A stretch of DNA of 53,571 bases, the filler included, from Catajapyx aquilonaris (Eukaryota): NCBI GenBank assembly GCA_000934665.2. It is 2 parts of 2 records of this genome, joined end to end, with 100 filler letters (N's around TTAATTAATTAA, not from the genome) between each part and the next. Parts side by side here need not be neighbours in the genome. Positions count along the whole stretch, not along the records: positions 1 to 27,349 come from JYFJ02005246.1; 1 more part is not named here. One strand, written 5' to 3'. The position numbers were made by a program, and so were the translations under genes. Numbering within the stretch: the stretch's first letter is position 1; every line of letters begins with the position of its first letter. The notes beneath the pieces were generated by a model. That model saw only the letters and a list, made by a program, of their open reading frames with translations, did not search any database and was not told where the DNA came from. Below are positions 11,728 to 23,872 of this stretch, in pieces.

Positions 11728-11900
11728 GAGAGTGACTCTAAATTCTGGATATATAGGTATCGTAATTGGATTGCATTGTTGGTTGCCAGTTGTGCCAACT
11801 CAAACTTGACTGACGGTCAGCAATCTGCTAGTTGGCACAACTGGAAAGTAACAATAGTACAATGAAATTACCTGTGTATCCAGACTTTAGAGCCACCATG
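11728..11900. mobile_element. Old mariner-type MITE
   Basis: Imperfect TIRs GTGACTCTAAATTCTGGATA / TATCCAGACTTTAGAGCCAC, TA flanks. Confidence 0.65.
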
Positions 11901-12388
11901 TATTTCGTCTTACCTCACGAAATCCTATACCTTACCTCATGCAATAGTTCACCTTAACTTCATACGATCCTTCAACTCTCTTCAACCTGCCCCCCACCAG
12001 GGTTCAATCTATCAGTATGTCACCTGTCGGGCAGGTTGGATCATGTTCATACCTAATGGAAACGTACTTGAATAAATGTGATTAATAATAGGATTTAGTT
12101 ACGGGGAAATGAAAAAGGGAGTAGAGTGATTCAATGACTACGAGACGACGACGATGATCTGAATTAGAAAATGAAATATTGGAAAACAATTACGTTACAA
12201 AAACAAAATTAATTGACCTTCCCCACTCTATCCTGAGTGGTTTCTCCTCACCCAGCTCTCTCAGACTGTGAACAAGAACCAACATGACTCACTGTCAGAG
12301 CCAAGGGGTTAACCACTTGGGTACTCCGGTGGATACTCCTTGAATTTGGTAAGACTCCAGTGTACACTTTACAGTCGAGTGGTTAACC

Positions 12389-12585
12389 CCGTGGTTTCCA
12401 ACCTTTTACCAACAGCGACCCCCTAAACATGTTTCCATAAATGTGCGACCCCCGGTCCCTTCTACAACTGTCCCCTTTCCATAAAACATACACTCTGGCA
12501 GCAAAAATGGTTCAATTGACACAGAAATTGCAAAAAAAAAAGTCGAACCAAGGCTCGCTATCCCCCGCCCGATTGGAAACCACTG
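12389..12585. mobile_element. hAT-type MITE nested in a small inverted-repeat element (~12290-12624)
   Basis: 8-bp TSD GGTTAACC (12381-12388, 12586-12593); TIR CCGTGGTTTCCAA / TTGGAAACCACTG. Confidence 0.8.
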
Positions 12586-13298
12586 GGTTAACCCCAAGGT
12601 TAACCCCTTGCTCAGAGCCCAGTGAAGTGCTGTAGTTGCCTCCAGACCCTTGTTTCACACTGTATGAGGGGGGATATGAACTCATCACATTAGGGGTCTG
12701 ATAATAAACGTCATCCTGAAGACTAATGTAACATGTAGCACTGAGAAAATGACCATGTTGTGAATTGGATGAATGAGGGAAAAAGTCTGGGGCTGGAAGC
12801 TGGAACCCTGCCTCCGGCTGCCTGTGATAATATATTTTTCTCCCCATTTCCCAAGTGCTACTCCCGTCTCCGACCTCGCTTGCTTTCTTTGTGCACGGAG
12901 GTGTTACGGTGTCAATTGTTTCTTCACGGGAAAATTGGACTTTGAAAAGGCCCATGAGAAAATTAGACGGGTAGAAACTATAGGCACACGGGGAATGAGA
13001 GGGTTATACACTGAAGCTCAAGTTTGATGCCAGCGACCTCGGAGAGTAATATTGTCCTTGAAGCGGAGTTATGGGATGATGTTTGTAACTTTTCCTGGCA
13101 CCACCAACTTGAGTGGCAGATCTCACTTCTCGGAGATCCTTTCGGTTAGGCTGGCCAGACTGAATTTTAACAAGAACATGCCACATTAAGTTGGGTAAAC
13201 TGCATATACTAACTGCATTGTTCGGTAACACAGGTCATCCCACGTACAGTAGGTCATTCAGAAAGTCAGTCATTTTTCCAACTAAACAGTCCCTAAAT

Positions 13299-13568
13299 CA
13301 GGGCTTTCCAAACTGAGTCGCGACCCAATTTGGGGTCGCGAACATAATATTTGGGGTCGTGAGGGAGAGTAACAAATTATTTTTACAAAATGATTCTATC
13401 TCTCTGAAAAAAAAGATGCCCATAAACGAGAAGATGTATTAATTTAACGATTATTGTCAATGACTACCACTGAGGGGGTAGGGTTGAATTGGAAGGCGGA
13501 CTCGCGAATTTTACGGGACAATTTTCTGGGGTCGCCAACGAAAAAATCCCAATTATTGGGAAGCACTG
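13299..13568. mobile_element. hAT-type MITE
   Basis: CAGGGCTTTCCAA...TTGGGAAGCACTG ends, GGGGTCGC subterminal motifs, TSD CCCTAAAT/ATCTAAAT (6 of 8 match). Confidence 0.75.
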
Positions 13569-15119
13569 ATCTAAATGATTCCTGCACTACCTTAATCTAT
13601 AATTCTACAGTAGCAATAGTCTCCCACTCTCCTGCTGCTGTCCCACACAAGCACAAACGTGTAGACCCTGCTCTGCAAAAAGTATTGAAAAATATGGCTC
13701 CTGCGTGAGAGCACTGTATATACAACACTACGGACAGCAGTATGCTACAGAAAGGGCAAGGCATTACAAAATAGTGTTGTCCAGAATACTTCTTTCAGAT
13801 TTAGGTTCTGCCAAGTGCTGGTCAAAGTGAGTCTCGAGTCAAATTTCTCTCAATTATTTTAAGGCGAGTAATTCCTGCACCTAACTCGCATCGAACAAGT
13901 ACAGTACCGTTGCACCTGACTTAACTGGCCTCCGACGCCCAGCCCAAAGAATAAAAATATTGCCACAACAAGTCACACCCGCCTCTGCTCAACAGTCTTT
14001 GGATTAAAATCTGCCTTATTGTCAGAAATAAAACATAACTTAGATATTGCATAAAAGGATATTACGTACTTACCATTCCGTAAATGTCAATGTTCCTTAT
14101 TTTCTCTTATACCGGATAATGGAAAAATCCGAAATGTTTTTAAAATCATTTTTATATGCCTACATTCTGCCCTTCAAAATGTTCATAATGTCCGTTATCC
14201 TCGACTAGTGTACCTCCAAGAATATACGGTACACACTGAGTGATTCTTGTTAGAGCTGCATTGCTTCACAATATTTTTCTGTGAATTGGTGTATTCACCT
14301 TCTTATTAAAAATACCGCTAAAGCATTTACTAGTAGGCTGGTTGATACGATGATTTCACTTTGGCCTTGCTCCTGGGGTTTTTCCCCGACACCCCCAATT
14401 AACTTACCAGCCAAAAATAATTTTCCTGTAAAAGCGCCGTAGCGCGCTCTCTAGAGAGAAAAATGATATAAGACTATTTAGTGTACAGTAGGCTATACAT
14501 GTAGAGAATTCCACGTGAACCACCTTAACATCATTAACAAATTATTATTTTCATGATATTCGGTACATGACCTAGGGATTGGGGCAATAAGGAGGTAACT
14601 GCCAAAATCTCGGTCGGTGGGGTTCGGGGAGCGGAACGTTTTTTATGGCACTGGGTCATTCGATGTCAGTTCGGCCCTGTTTGGACCCTTGATGTGGCGG
14701 ATTTGAATGATATTCACAGGTTTATATGGTGACCTAGCGTTGCTAAAGCATTGTACCAAAGCGTTTTGAATTTTTTTTACCAGTTTTTTTGGGGGGTGGT
14801 AATTTTGAGGCTTTTCTTTGCGAGCCATTTTTCGTTTGGCTGTTTCTCCGCAACTAATCGTGACAGAGATGTGCTTTTGATCTCAATTTACTCACAAGGG
14901 AAGGTCACGGGGTGATAATGACGGATCTTGATGAAATTGATCATGCTAATACAGGACAATATATGATACCCAAAAATGAAATATTTCGTGCGGAACCCCA
15001 TATTTGCAAAAGTTATGACGTCTTAAAGTTCCAAAAATAGTACATTTTCATACTCCATGGGATTACATTAGCGACCACATATAATGACATTGAAGTGTGT
15101 AATCAGTTTCTAGAACTTT

Positions 15120-15816
15120 TCTCATCGGAAAAAAGTCCTACAGAACGGCTTTGGCCGTCCGTCCGTCCGTCTGTGGACAGGTATCAAGGCAAGACCGTAA
15201 GAGATAGCGACAAACAGTTTTCATATTCGGATTGAGCGTGACCAAAATTGGTTTCATTGTCAACTTCTGGTGACCCGCCACTCCCGGTCTTCCGGGTTCA
15301 CTCTATCTGCACAAGTCTACTTTACGGGCGGGTTATCGTTGGATTTCGAAGTTAGTTCTCGTGTATTTCTGACCGTGTTTTTCGGGGATTTACTCCGGAT
15401 TTTACCTATGACTCTCTGGCACAGGGGCTGTGGAATTTATTCCTGACGTTGGACATGTTTGCAATGAGCGTCATCGGCCGCCATGATGTTATCGCCCAAG
15501 CCGATACTGGAATCGATATGTTGCCTATGTTACGATATATCGATTCACATGCTCCCTGAAAGAATGAGAAAAAGTCTCATCGAATCACGCTCACGTGAGG
15601 TAAAAGTAAAACCCGGAGTAAATACCCTGAAAAACACGGTCAGGAATGCACGAAAACTAACTTCGAAATCCAACGATAACCCGCCCGTAAAGTAGACTTG
15701 TGCGGATAGAGTGAACCCGGAAGACCGGAAGTGGCGGGTGACCAGAAGTTGATCCGAATATGAAAACCGTTTGTCGCTATCTCTTACGGTTTAGGTCTTG
15801 ATACCTGTACACAGAC
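15120..15816. mobile_element. Foldback element with a (CCGT)n microsatellite, DINE/Helentron-like
   Basis: Inverted arms ~15168-15407 and ~15598-15816; CCGTCCGTCCGTCCGTCTGT at ~15155. Confidence 0.6.
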
Positions 15817-15927
15817 CTGCCCATTCTTTCATGATTTTACCAGTTTACAACTGACTGACCCCATCAAGGAAGCTGTTACAACTGTCCCCATTGTGTGTTT
15901 TCTTGTAGATATGCTTAAGGTTAATAC

Positions 15928-15982
15928 CAGGGATGGAAAAAGAAGCGCTTCTTGGAAGGAAGCGCTTCTTTTTCCATCCCTG
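15928..15982. mobile_element. 55-bp hAT-type mini-MITE
   Basis: Perfect 24-bp TIRs CAGGGATGGAAAAAGAAGCGCTTC, 7-bp spacer, perfect 8-bp TSD GTTAATAC (15920-15927, 15983-15990). Confidence 0.9.
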
Positions 15983-16108
15983 GTTAATACATACCCATTT
16001 TCTAGTCCAATTTATGACCGCCCGTGGAAGAAACTAAATAACAACAGTTCAGAACATGTAGCATAGCAAGTAACTAACTTGGCAGCACCTCCTACACTTA
16101 TTTGACTA

Positions 16109-18844
16109 TGTCACCGGTTGGGTGAACATAAAAGCCAGTGGGTAGACAATCAAGTACAGTTTATTCTTCGTCAAGGTGAGTGTGTGAGGGGAAAAGGAAA
16201 AAGGTCAGGGATGGGAGATGTCGACCAAACAAGTGGCCTGACCAGTCCCCAGGATATTCTCCCGGGCAAAGGCCTCGAGTGAAACAGCTCACTCCTTCTT
16301 ATAGTCAAGCACAATGCATGATGGGAGGGAGCGAATGAAAAGTCACATGACATGAGTAGGCAGATAGTATGGAATGACTCTAATGGGGTAATAAAATACA
16401 TACAGTGACGTAAGTGATGCAAGGCAGTTTCGGGATGCAGTGAAACTATAGAACGTTTGACCTAGCAAAAACTGGTACGGTCACACACCTCCCCGATAAA
16501 GAACGACATATAATATGAGAGAAAAAAGGAAGATTAAAACGGATCACGTAGTGAAACAGAACCCCTCTAGTCCATGTCAAGCCAATGTTCAGTTCAAGGT
16601 CCAACTGCGACACGTCACGTAACTGCAAACCACTAGTAGGCTGCTTCCGAGATCCAAAATGCACAGGGTCCAATAAGTACAGCAGTGTAAGGCAGGTTGG
16701 CAGGTTGGCAGGAAGGCGCTGGTCATCAGGTACTGGTACTGCATACAGTTCTCCACTGTTGATTGCAGAGGAGGAAATCCCATAGTTTAACAGGGCTGTC
16801 CCGTTGATGGTCGAGTCAGGTTGCCAGCGTTGTAGTAGTAGGGGTGACGTCAAGGCCTCCACTTCCCCTGGCTCTGTCCGGCATCCGTCTCTCAGCACGA
16901 AAAAACAGCTAACAGGATGGTGTGCTGCAGAGAAAACAGTCCAAAGAAATGGGCAGGACGAAAGGCGAACCGGAATTTAGATGAGGAAGGGATTTCTGTA
17001 CAGGTGGGATAATCTCGGTACTTCGTAGGAAGGGGAAAGTGAAAAATCAAAATGGATCGTATGAGTATATCACACAAAGGAAAAGGTGAACGGAAAGAAT
17101 AAGGACAAACACATTCCACGAACTATGAGTCCATATAGTACGCATGGGTGGTTTAAACCCAGCAGGATGGGTCAGTTGACGAGTACGTATGGCACAACAC
17201 AAGCACTTCTGTTCATACTTAGGCTGTTCGGAACCATCGGTCTTCTGCTCGTAGCCGTAGTTGGGCTGCTCGTACTGATGCTCGTACTGATGCTCGTAGC
17301 CGTAGCTGGGCTGCTCGTACTGATGCTCGTAGCCGTAGGGTTGCTTATAACCATAGTGCTTGAGCTACTCGCACTTGGACTGTTCGTACTCATAGTCTTC
17401 ACAAAACGTAACACTGAACGGGCAGTCAGTGTAAACACAATCAGTTACAGGCAGGACACACTCCACTCCAACACTGAGAATGTCCTTCTTTGCTCCTCGG
17501 ACTTGGAACCCAAAGTTGAGAGCGAATAAACATGCAACGGTAGTTAATGCGTTATGCGCCACCGTGCAACCAAAATCGTCTCAGATGCAGTGGGGGGGGG
17601 TTTACAATTTCCCAACCCACAATCCTCCAAAACGTATCCTCCCCGGCCTTGGGAGATACGTAAACAAGGACGCGTCCGTCCAGGAGGAGGCCGGTGTAAC
17701 AGGGCTTCCAATGGGCCAGTTTCCTCTTCTTTTCCAAACAGGCTGGATGGGAACTGGTACTGAGTCCGGAGGGGATGCCCGTACATATAACAAAAATGGC
17801 CACAGGCTCCTTAAGAGTGGTCGGATCTCCCTGGGTATGATGAAGTAGTCGTAAGTCCTCCCCAGCAATCTCGCTCTTGATTTCAGCAGAAATCCAATGC
17901 AGGCGGGATAGGAAAATGGGGGGATTGCACGACCTTCAGAGTCACAGTGTGCGCGCCCAATTTCACGGGCAAACACCAATGACATAGGACAAAGTGACGG
18001 TGTTGTACGGGATGTGTGTACAACTGTCACATGTACGACCCGCAAAGGGTGTACTCGTCCCGGAAATGCACGTAACCGTAGGACCCACAGCTGGAGGTCC
18101 GAGTGCGTGCCAGTGTGGCAGAACCACACAGTCGGGACAGTAGGGATAGGAAGGGATGTACTGTCTTGTACGGTGGTGTACAGGATTGTACGGAGATGTA
18201 CAGGGATGTACGGGAAAGTACGGTTCTGTACGAAGGGAGGTAGGTACGTGTGAACGGGGATAAGTCCACACGGTGGAATACTTGCGGTGAGCAAGACTCC
18301 GTAAGGGAAATAGGTAAGTGTGAACGGGGAAAATGTCCACACGAAGGAACACTTGCGGTGTGCAAGTTTCCATAAGGGAGGAACAGGTACGTGTAAATGC
18401 ACCGACAGGGAAACACACTCGACGATACTGTCTGATGTCTTAATCCCACTTCTGACACCACTTAATATGTCACCGGTTGGGTGAACATAAAAGCCAGTGG
18501 GTAGACAATCAAGTACAGTTTATTCTTCGTCAAGGTGAGTGTGTGAGGGGAAAAGGAAAAAGGTCAGGGATGGGAGATGTCGACCAAACAAGTGGCCTGA
18601 CCAGTCCCCAGGATATTCTCCCGGGCAAAGGCCACGAGTGAAACAGCTCACTCCTTCTTATAGTCAAGCACAATGCATGATGGGAGGGAGCGAATGAAAA
18701 GTCACATGACATGAGTAGGCAGATAGTATGGAATGACTCTAATGGGGTAATAAAATACATACAGTGACGTAAGTGATGCAAGGCAGTTTCGGGATGCAGT
18801 GAAACTATAGAACGTTTGACCTAGCAAAAACCGGTACGGTCACA
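16109..18844 (-). mobile_element. Young non-autonomous LTR retrotransposon
   Basis: 377-bp LTRs at 16109-16485 and 18468-18844 (TGT...ACA, two mismatches seen); 4-bp TSD ACTA; PBS TGGTGTCAGAAGTGGGATT at 18442-18460; purine tract GGGGAGG next to the 3' LTR; no recognisable gag/pol. Confidence 0.95.
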
Positions 18845-19120
18845 ACTACCTGTAGTGAGATGAAGGTCAGTGGTGAGTTGGTTTTCAAGAAATAAATTAG
18901 AGTGCCGAGTGCTGCACAGCCGTAGTGTGATAATTATGAGGTGAAAAATTGCCAATTCCGTTAAGAGAAGAGTTTCGTTTGTCATCAATTAACCTAAATG
19001 TGATTAGCCCAGGCTTCTAGTTGACGTTCAAGTTTTCCGATAATCAGGCCCAGCGAGTAAGAAATACACCAGTATAACAATAATAACACATTTATTTAGA
19101 GTTTCCAGTTTATTCTAATT

Positions 19121-19380
19121 GAAGACCTGATAGCAAAAAGGGCAGATGTCAATGATGGATAGTTTCGAGAAAACAAAGAAAAACTTCCCTGCTTCCCATG
19201 CACGGCAAGCAGCCAGGTGATATAACACACTATCTTTGTCGATGTTTTTCTACCAGACTACTGCCATTTTCACGGAATGGAATTTGTGGGGACCTCCGCA
19301 TTGCTACTGACTACCACTTGGCGTCGCTATCTGCAAATTGCATTTTTCATGACATCTGCCCTTTTTGCTATCAGGTCTTC
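19121..19380. mobile_element. MITE with 4-bp AATT TSD
   Basis: ~31-bp TIR GAAGACCTGATAGCAAAAAGGGCAGATGTCA; AATT at 19117-19120 and 19381-19384; absent from the paralogous site near 9697. Confidence 0.9.
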
Positions 19381-19466
19381 AATTTGATACAGGTTTTAGC
19401 AAACATGCCAAAAGAAACAAAAAACATAGGAATGTTCGTACGTATCAAAAAAGTAACAAAATGGTA

Positions 19467-19862
19467 ACTTACCAAGGGTGTGTAGTCGTCACGACATGGT
19501 CCAGGAGAGAGGGTGAGAGATGAAACTGCGAGTCTTATATAGTGGCAAAATTGCCCTTAGATGCGTAGAATTATAGCTAAAACTTGGGACATATGGTGCA
19601 ATAAGTGCAGGTGCGGAGGATGTCCCAATGCCTCTTTCGCAACTGCACAGCTGCACCATCAGGAAAAATTGTCCTTTGTCATCGATTTAATAGTAAACAA
19701 TTTCCCAATATCCGAGTGACTAAGTGTCAGGTGTTATAAAAGGATATTACATAACTGGCGAGATTGAATCGCATAAGCTTGTGCAAGTGTGATTTTATAT
19801 ATCTCGTATATCGTACGAGTATAGGTCTCGCTAGGTGACACGTTTAAGAATTTTGACACGTT
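19467..19862 (-). promoter_or_regulatory. Putative promoter plus short first exon, copy B of the duplicated module
   Basis: Minus-strand TATATAAG (19534-19541), donor GTAAGT (19467-19472), E-boxes GCAGGTG (19607) and CAGCTG (19648). Confidence 0.45.
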
Positions 19863-21108
19863 TATTTTAAAATGGGGAAACAATTTGAAGGTTACAAATT
19901 TTAGTAATTGAAGATCCCCTTTTCCTCTTGTGAATGTTTGTTCTAATTGCACCGAAGCAATGAAGAGTTAATGTGGGTGTTCCCACCCCCTAGGTCACTA
20001 CAGCATGTTTGTAAGGGTCGCGGGTAAAGCCAGGAAAGGGGAATAAAGGCAAAAAATAAGGAAAAAACGGCAAAGAAGGATGATTTTAGGGGAGAAAGTC
20101 ATCTCAAATCTACGAGTCTTGTTACAGGTTGAACATTTTGGTAATAAAAACGTTACGGCGGGAGGGGGGGGGGTCATACAGGTCACCATGTCGAGGAAAG
20201 GTTGCACATAGGGTCACGACGAAAGGCTAATTGGCCACTGCTGGACAGTCAGGATGAATATTTAGTCAATAGAGTCGAACAATAATTATATTCCTTATGA
20301 GCGTACATCAGTGATAGAGTGAGCCAGACTCTGATGTAATCCAAAACCGCCATCGTACCGGAAAAACTGGGTTTCCCAATAAAAATTCGAGATTAGAAAT
20401 TTAAGAGAGAAAAATGCGTATCATAAAATGGGCAAAAACAGGTGTCACCAATTGTGTTGAGGGTGTCACTAGAGGGTCGTGATGCTGCATGATAGCAAAA
20501 TTCACTTTGTGCGGTATTCAGTATACCGTACATTATGGAAAGTAAATCACAGATTCAGGTAGAGCATGATATGGACTATCCAGACATGTCAGTAACATTC
20601 TTTTATTCTTTTGGGTGTAATGTGCAGAACCCAAAATCCATCTTTTTCCCCCTGAAGATGGTATATAAATAAATTGGTACCTTACTACTTTTCAACTGTG
20701 CACATGTGCACATGATTTGGTCATCCATTCCGTCAGTGTGAAACCACTAAAGAAACCTTTCTCGTGATACCAAGGGCAATTCAATAACCCTCTACCCTCT
20801 GCATAATCAATCTAATTACTGTAGTCCGTGTAGTGTATTAAAATCGCGCTTTTCGAAAGTAACAATCACGTTTGTCACTGCTATCGATAAATCGCGCTTT
20901 GGTCCGTCGCTGCTTATAAGCATTTTTCAGGCATTACTAGTGACATTTCGGCTCTTCATGCATTTTATACGGATGGACACCCACCAGAGGAAGTACGATA
21001 TGCCATACAAGCATTTCAGTCAAAATTGACAGCTGGGCCCTTATTGCATTGTGGTCTTCTAATAATTATTGTGTTCAGTCCGATTCGGGGACCGAACTCG
21101 GGACCTTA

Positions 21109-21347
21109 AGGCCGCTTCACAAACTCGGCGTTGCGAAAGCGTGGCGTGTGGGCCTTACGCTCATCGCACGCAGAAAGTCCACCCGATTGGACGCCAGCGC
21201 AACGCCCGCGCTCGGTCATCGCACGCAGCATTTGTGAATAGCCCTTCGCAAATTTTCCGCTCTCCGTACGCCCCGCTCGCGCAAATCCGGGTTTGTAAAA
21301 CGGGCATTTCGCCCCGCTTTCGCAACGCCGAGTTTGTGAAGCGGCCT
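21109..21347. mobile_element. PIF/Harbinger-type MITE, same family as 43589-43818
   Basis: TIR AGGCCGCTTCACAAACTCGGCGTTGCGAAAGCG, 3-bp TSD TTA. Confidence 0.9.
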
Positions 21348-21492
21348 TTAGAGGTGGAATGATACTGACACCGTGCCACATTCAATTTTCTCAAATGATG
21401 ATACACTTACAGATAGCTTCAACACGAATCTTTCTATTGAACTCTGTTATTATCGTCGAATATCTCTTGCGGAAATCCGGATTACTTGTAGT

Positions 21493-21493
<1 letters not shown>

Positions 21494-21533
<40 letters not shown>
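21494..21533. repeat. (CAT)n microsatellite
   Basis: Direct observation. Confidence 0.95.
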
Positions 21534-21761
21534 ACCGGCTCCCTCCTTGCAGCACCTGTGGGTGCGTAGTCCACGGAGGGTTTGGGAGACGGTGGAAAGA
21601 GGGTTTGACGGGGAAGAAATGAAGCCATCATATTGAAACCGAGGAGACTTTCCGATTTGGTCAACACGACTATGTGAATCGTCATCTCCTCTGAGTTGGG
21701 TGGGAGAGAATTGCCAACGAATTGCGGTGCACCACCAGCAGCCCCACTCCCCCCGGCCAAA

Positions 21762-22290
<529 letters not shown>

Positions 22291-23076
22291 TTCGACTGCA
22301 CTGGATCGGAATTGATGACTGGTTTTCCTCTTTTCCAAACCAGGCTCTCCCTTTTGTCCTTTCCCCCGAATTGGTCTTGGTTCAACAGGCCCGGGCCGAT
22401 TTTGTCAATGCCACTTGGTTTGGCCTTGGTGTTTCCAACCGCACATGCTTTTTCGGAGCGTAGCATTACTTGCTTCACACAACCACTTAGACCAGGGTTG
22501 GAATTGCAAGTATGGACTCTGATTGTGACATACAGATCACCGATAATGGGAACGCTATACCGTCACACTCGGAAATAATTACCAGGTTTGAATTTTACCT
22601 GCAGATTTCTACTAAGTTTGTATTAAGACATATAACCCCTCCCCCTATGCCATTTAAAAATTTGTAAGTGCCTACTTAAACTGTGTTAAAATGAATATAA
22701 TTATTCATTCATTCACTCATTCATTCATTCATTCATTCATTCATTCTCTTGACAAAAAATCTTCTGGACAGTGTCGCAGCTGATATGACCATTGCAATGG
22801 ATTGATTGGATGGAATGCGGCCTAATATAAGTAGATACTGTAATACTTGTTACAATATTGCTAAGAGTACCAGTACGTGTTGCAAAACAACTTAATAAGA
22901 ATAAGGCGTGTACGGTAGTTCAAAAAAATTCGCGCAGCGACGGACATTTTCTTCGCAACACCGTGTATATTGCTAATCTTTTATTAATGCTTAGCCTTAA
23001 AACCACAATAACTTGCATCATATATTTGGTGTCTTACACCTCTTCTGAAATGAGTTGTTCAATGAATAATAAATTA

Positions 23077-23872
23077 ATCTGACAACCAAAGCGACTCTTC
23101 TTACCCTCCTGAATTCTGAAAATTTGTGGATTTTTTAATTCGGCTTGGCCTCTAGTGCTGAGAAAACATCACCTCCGCTGGAGCCAAGGCTGGCGGCCAT
23201 TTTGAAGCGGGGCCAACGAGGTGTAAATAGGGTACAGGCAGGCAGGTGTAAAGGTCCGCCATCTTTGATGGTTCTGGCGGCGGCCATGGCACTTCACGGC
23301 AAGAACACGTGCGAATTTGAATATTTTATGCCGTACTTACGGAATTAATACGTAGAAAAGTGCATTAAAGGAGCTCATACTGCAAAAATATTCAAATTCG
23401 CGCGTGTTCTTGCCGTGAAGTGCCATGGCCGCCGCCAGAACCGTCAAAGATGGCGGACCTTTACACCTGCCTGTCTGTACCCTATTTACACCTCGTTGGC
23501 CCCGTTTCAAAATGGCCGCCAGCCTTGGCTCCAAACAGAGAGACGCGCGAATCGAAAGTGTGCGCCTCTTATGTAATATATTCTCCCTGTCCTGGCTGTC
23601 CATTATTATAATCGCCTTCGACTTCAAAGCGTGCGAGATGACCCTTCTCCTTCGTGGCACCGGAGAGAGCTACAGACGCGGTGAAAGACGACCGCGACTT
23701 GACGCAGTTGTTGTGGCTTCGGAACATCGCCTTTTGGCTGTATTTTCACCCTGCTAACGGGGAAATTAGCAGCTGAGGTGATGTTTTCTGAGCACTACAG
23801 GCCAAGCAGAATTTAAAAATCCAACAATTTCAAAATTCAGGAGGGTAAGAAAAGTCACTTTGGTTGTGAGTC
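23077..23872. mobile_element. Inverted-repeat element with an internal ~150-bp-arm hairpin
   Basis: Same ends as 2061-2544; internal arms ~23180-23328 and ~23384-23533. Confidence 0.8.

Noticed and set aside
12900..13900. LINE remnants (LDFEKA motif at ~12935; Cys-rich C-terminal-like stretch at ~13600-13710)
   Set aside because: Suggestive, but too short and degraded to delimit or classify by eye.
16171..16422. Twin 83-aa ORFs (also 18530-18781)
   Set aside because: Chance ORFs duplicated because they lie in the two LTRs.
17086..17529. 147-aa hydrophobic ORF as a membrane or env protein
   Set aside because: Antisense to the element; the hydrophobicity comes from a short tandem repeat.
17602..18402. 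266-aa minus ORF as gag
   Set aside because: No zinc knuckle or capsid-like features, repeat-derived composition, and several overlapping frames are equally open.
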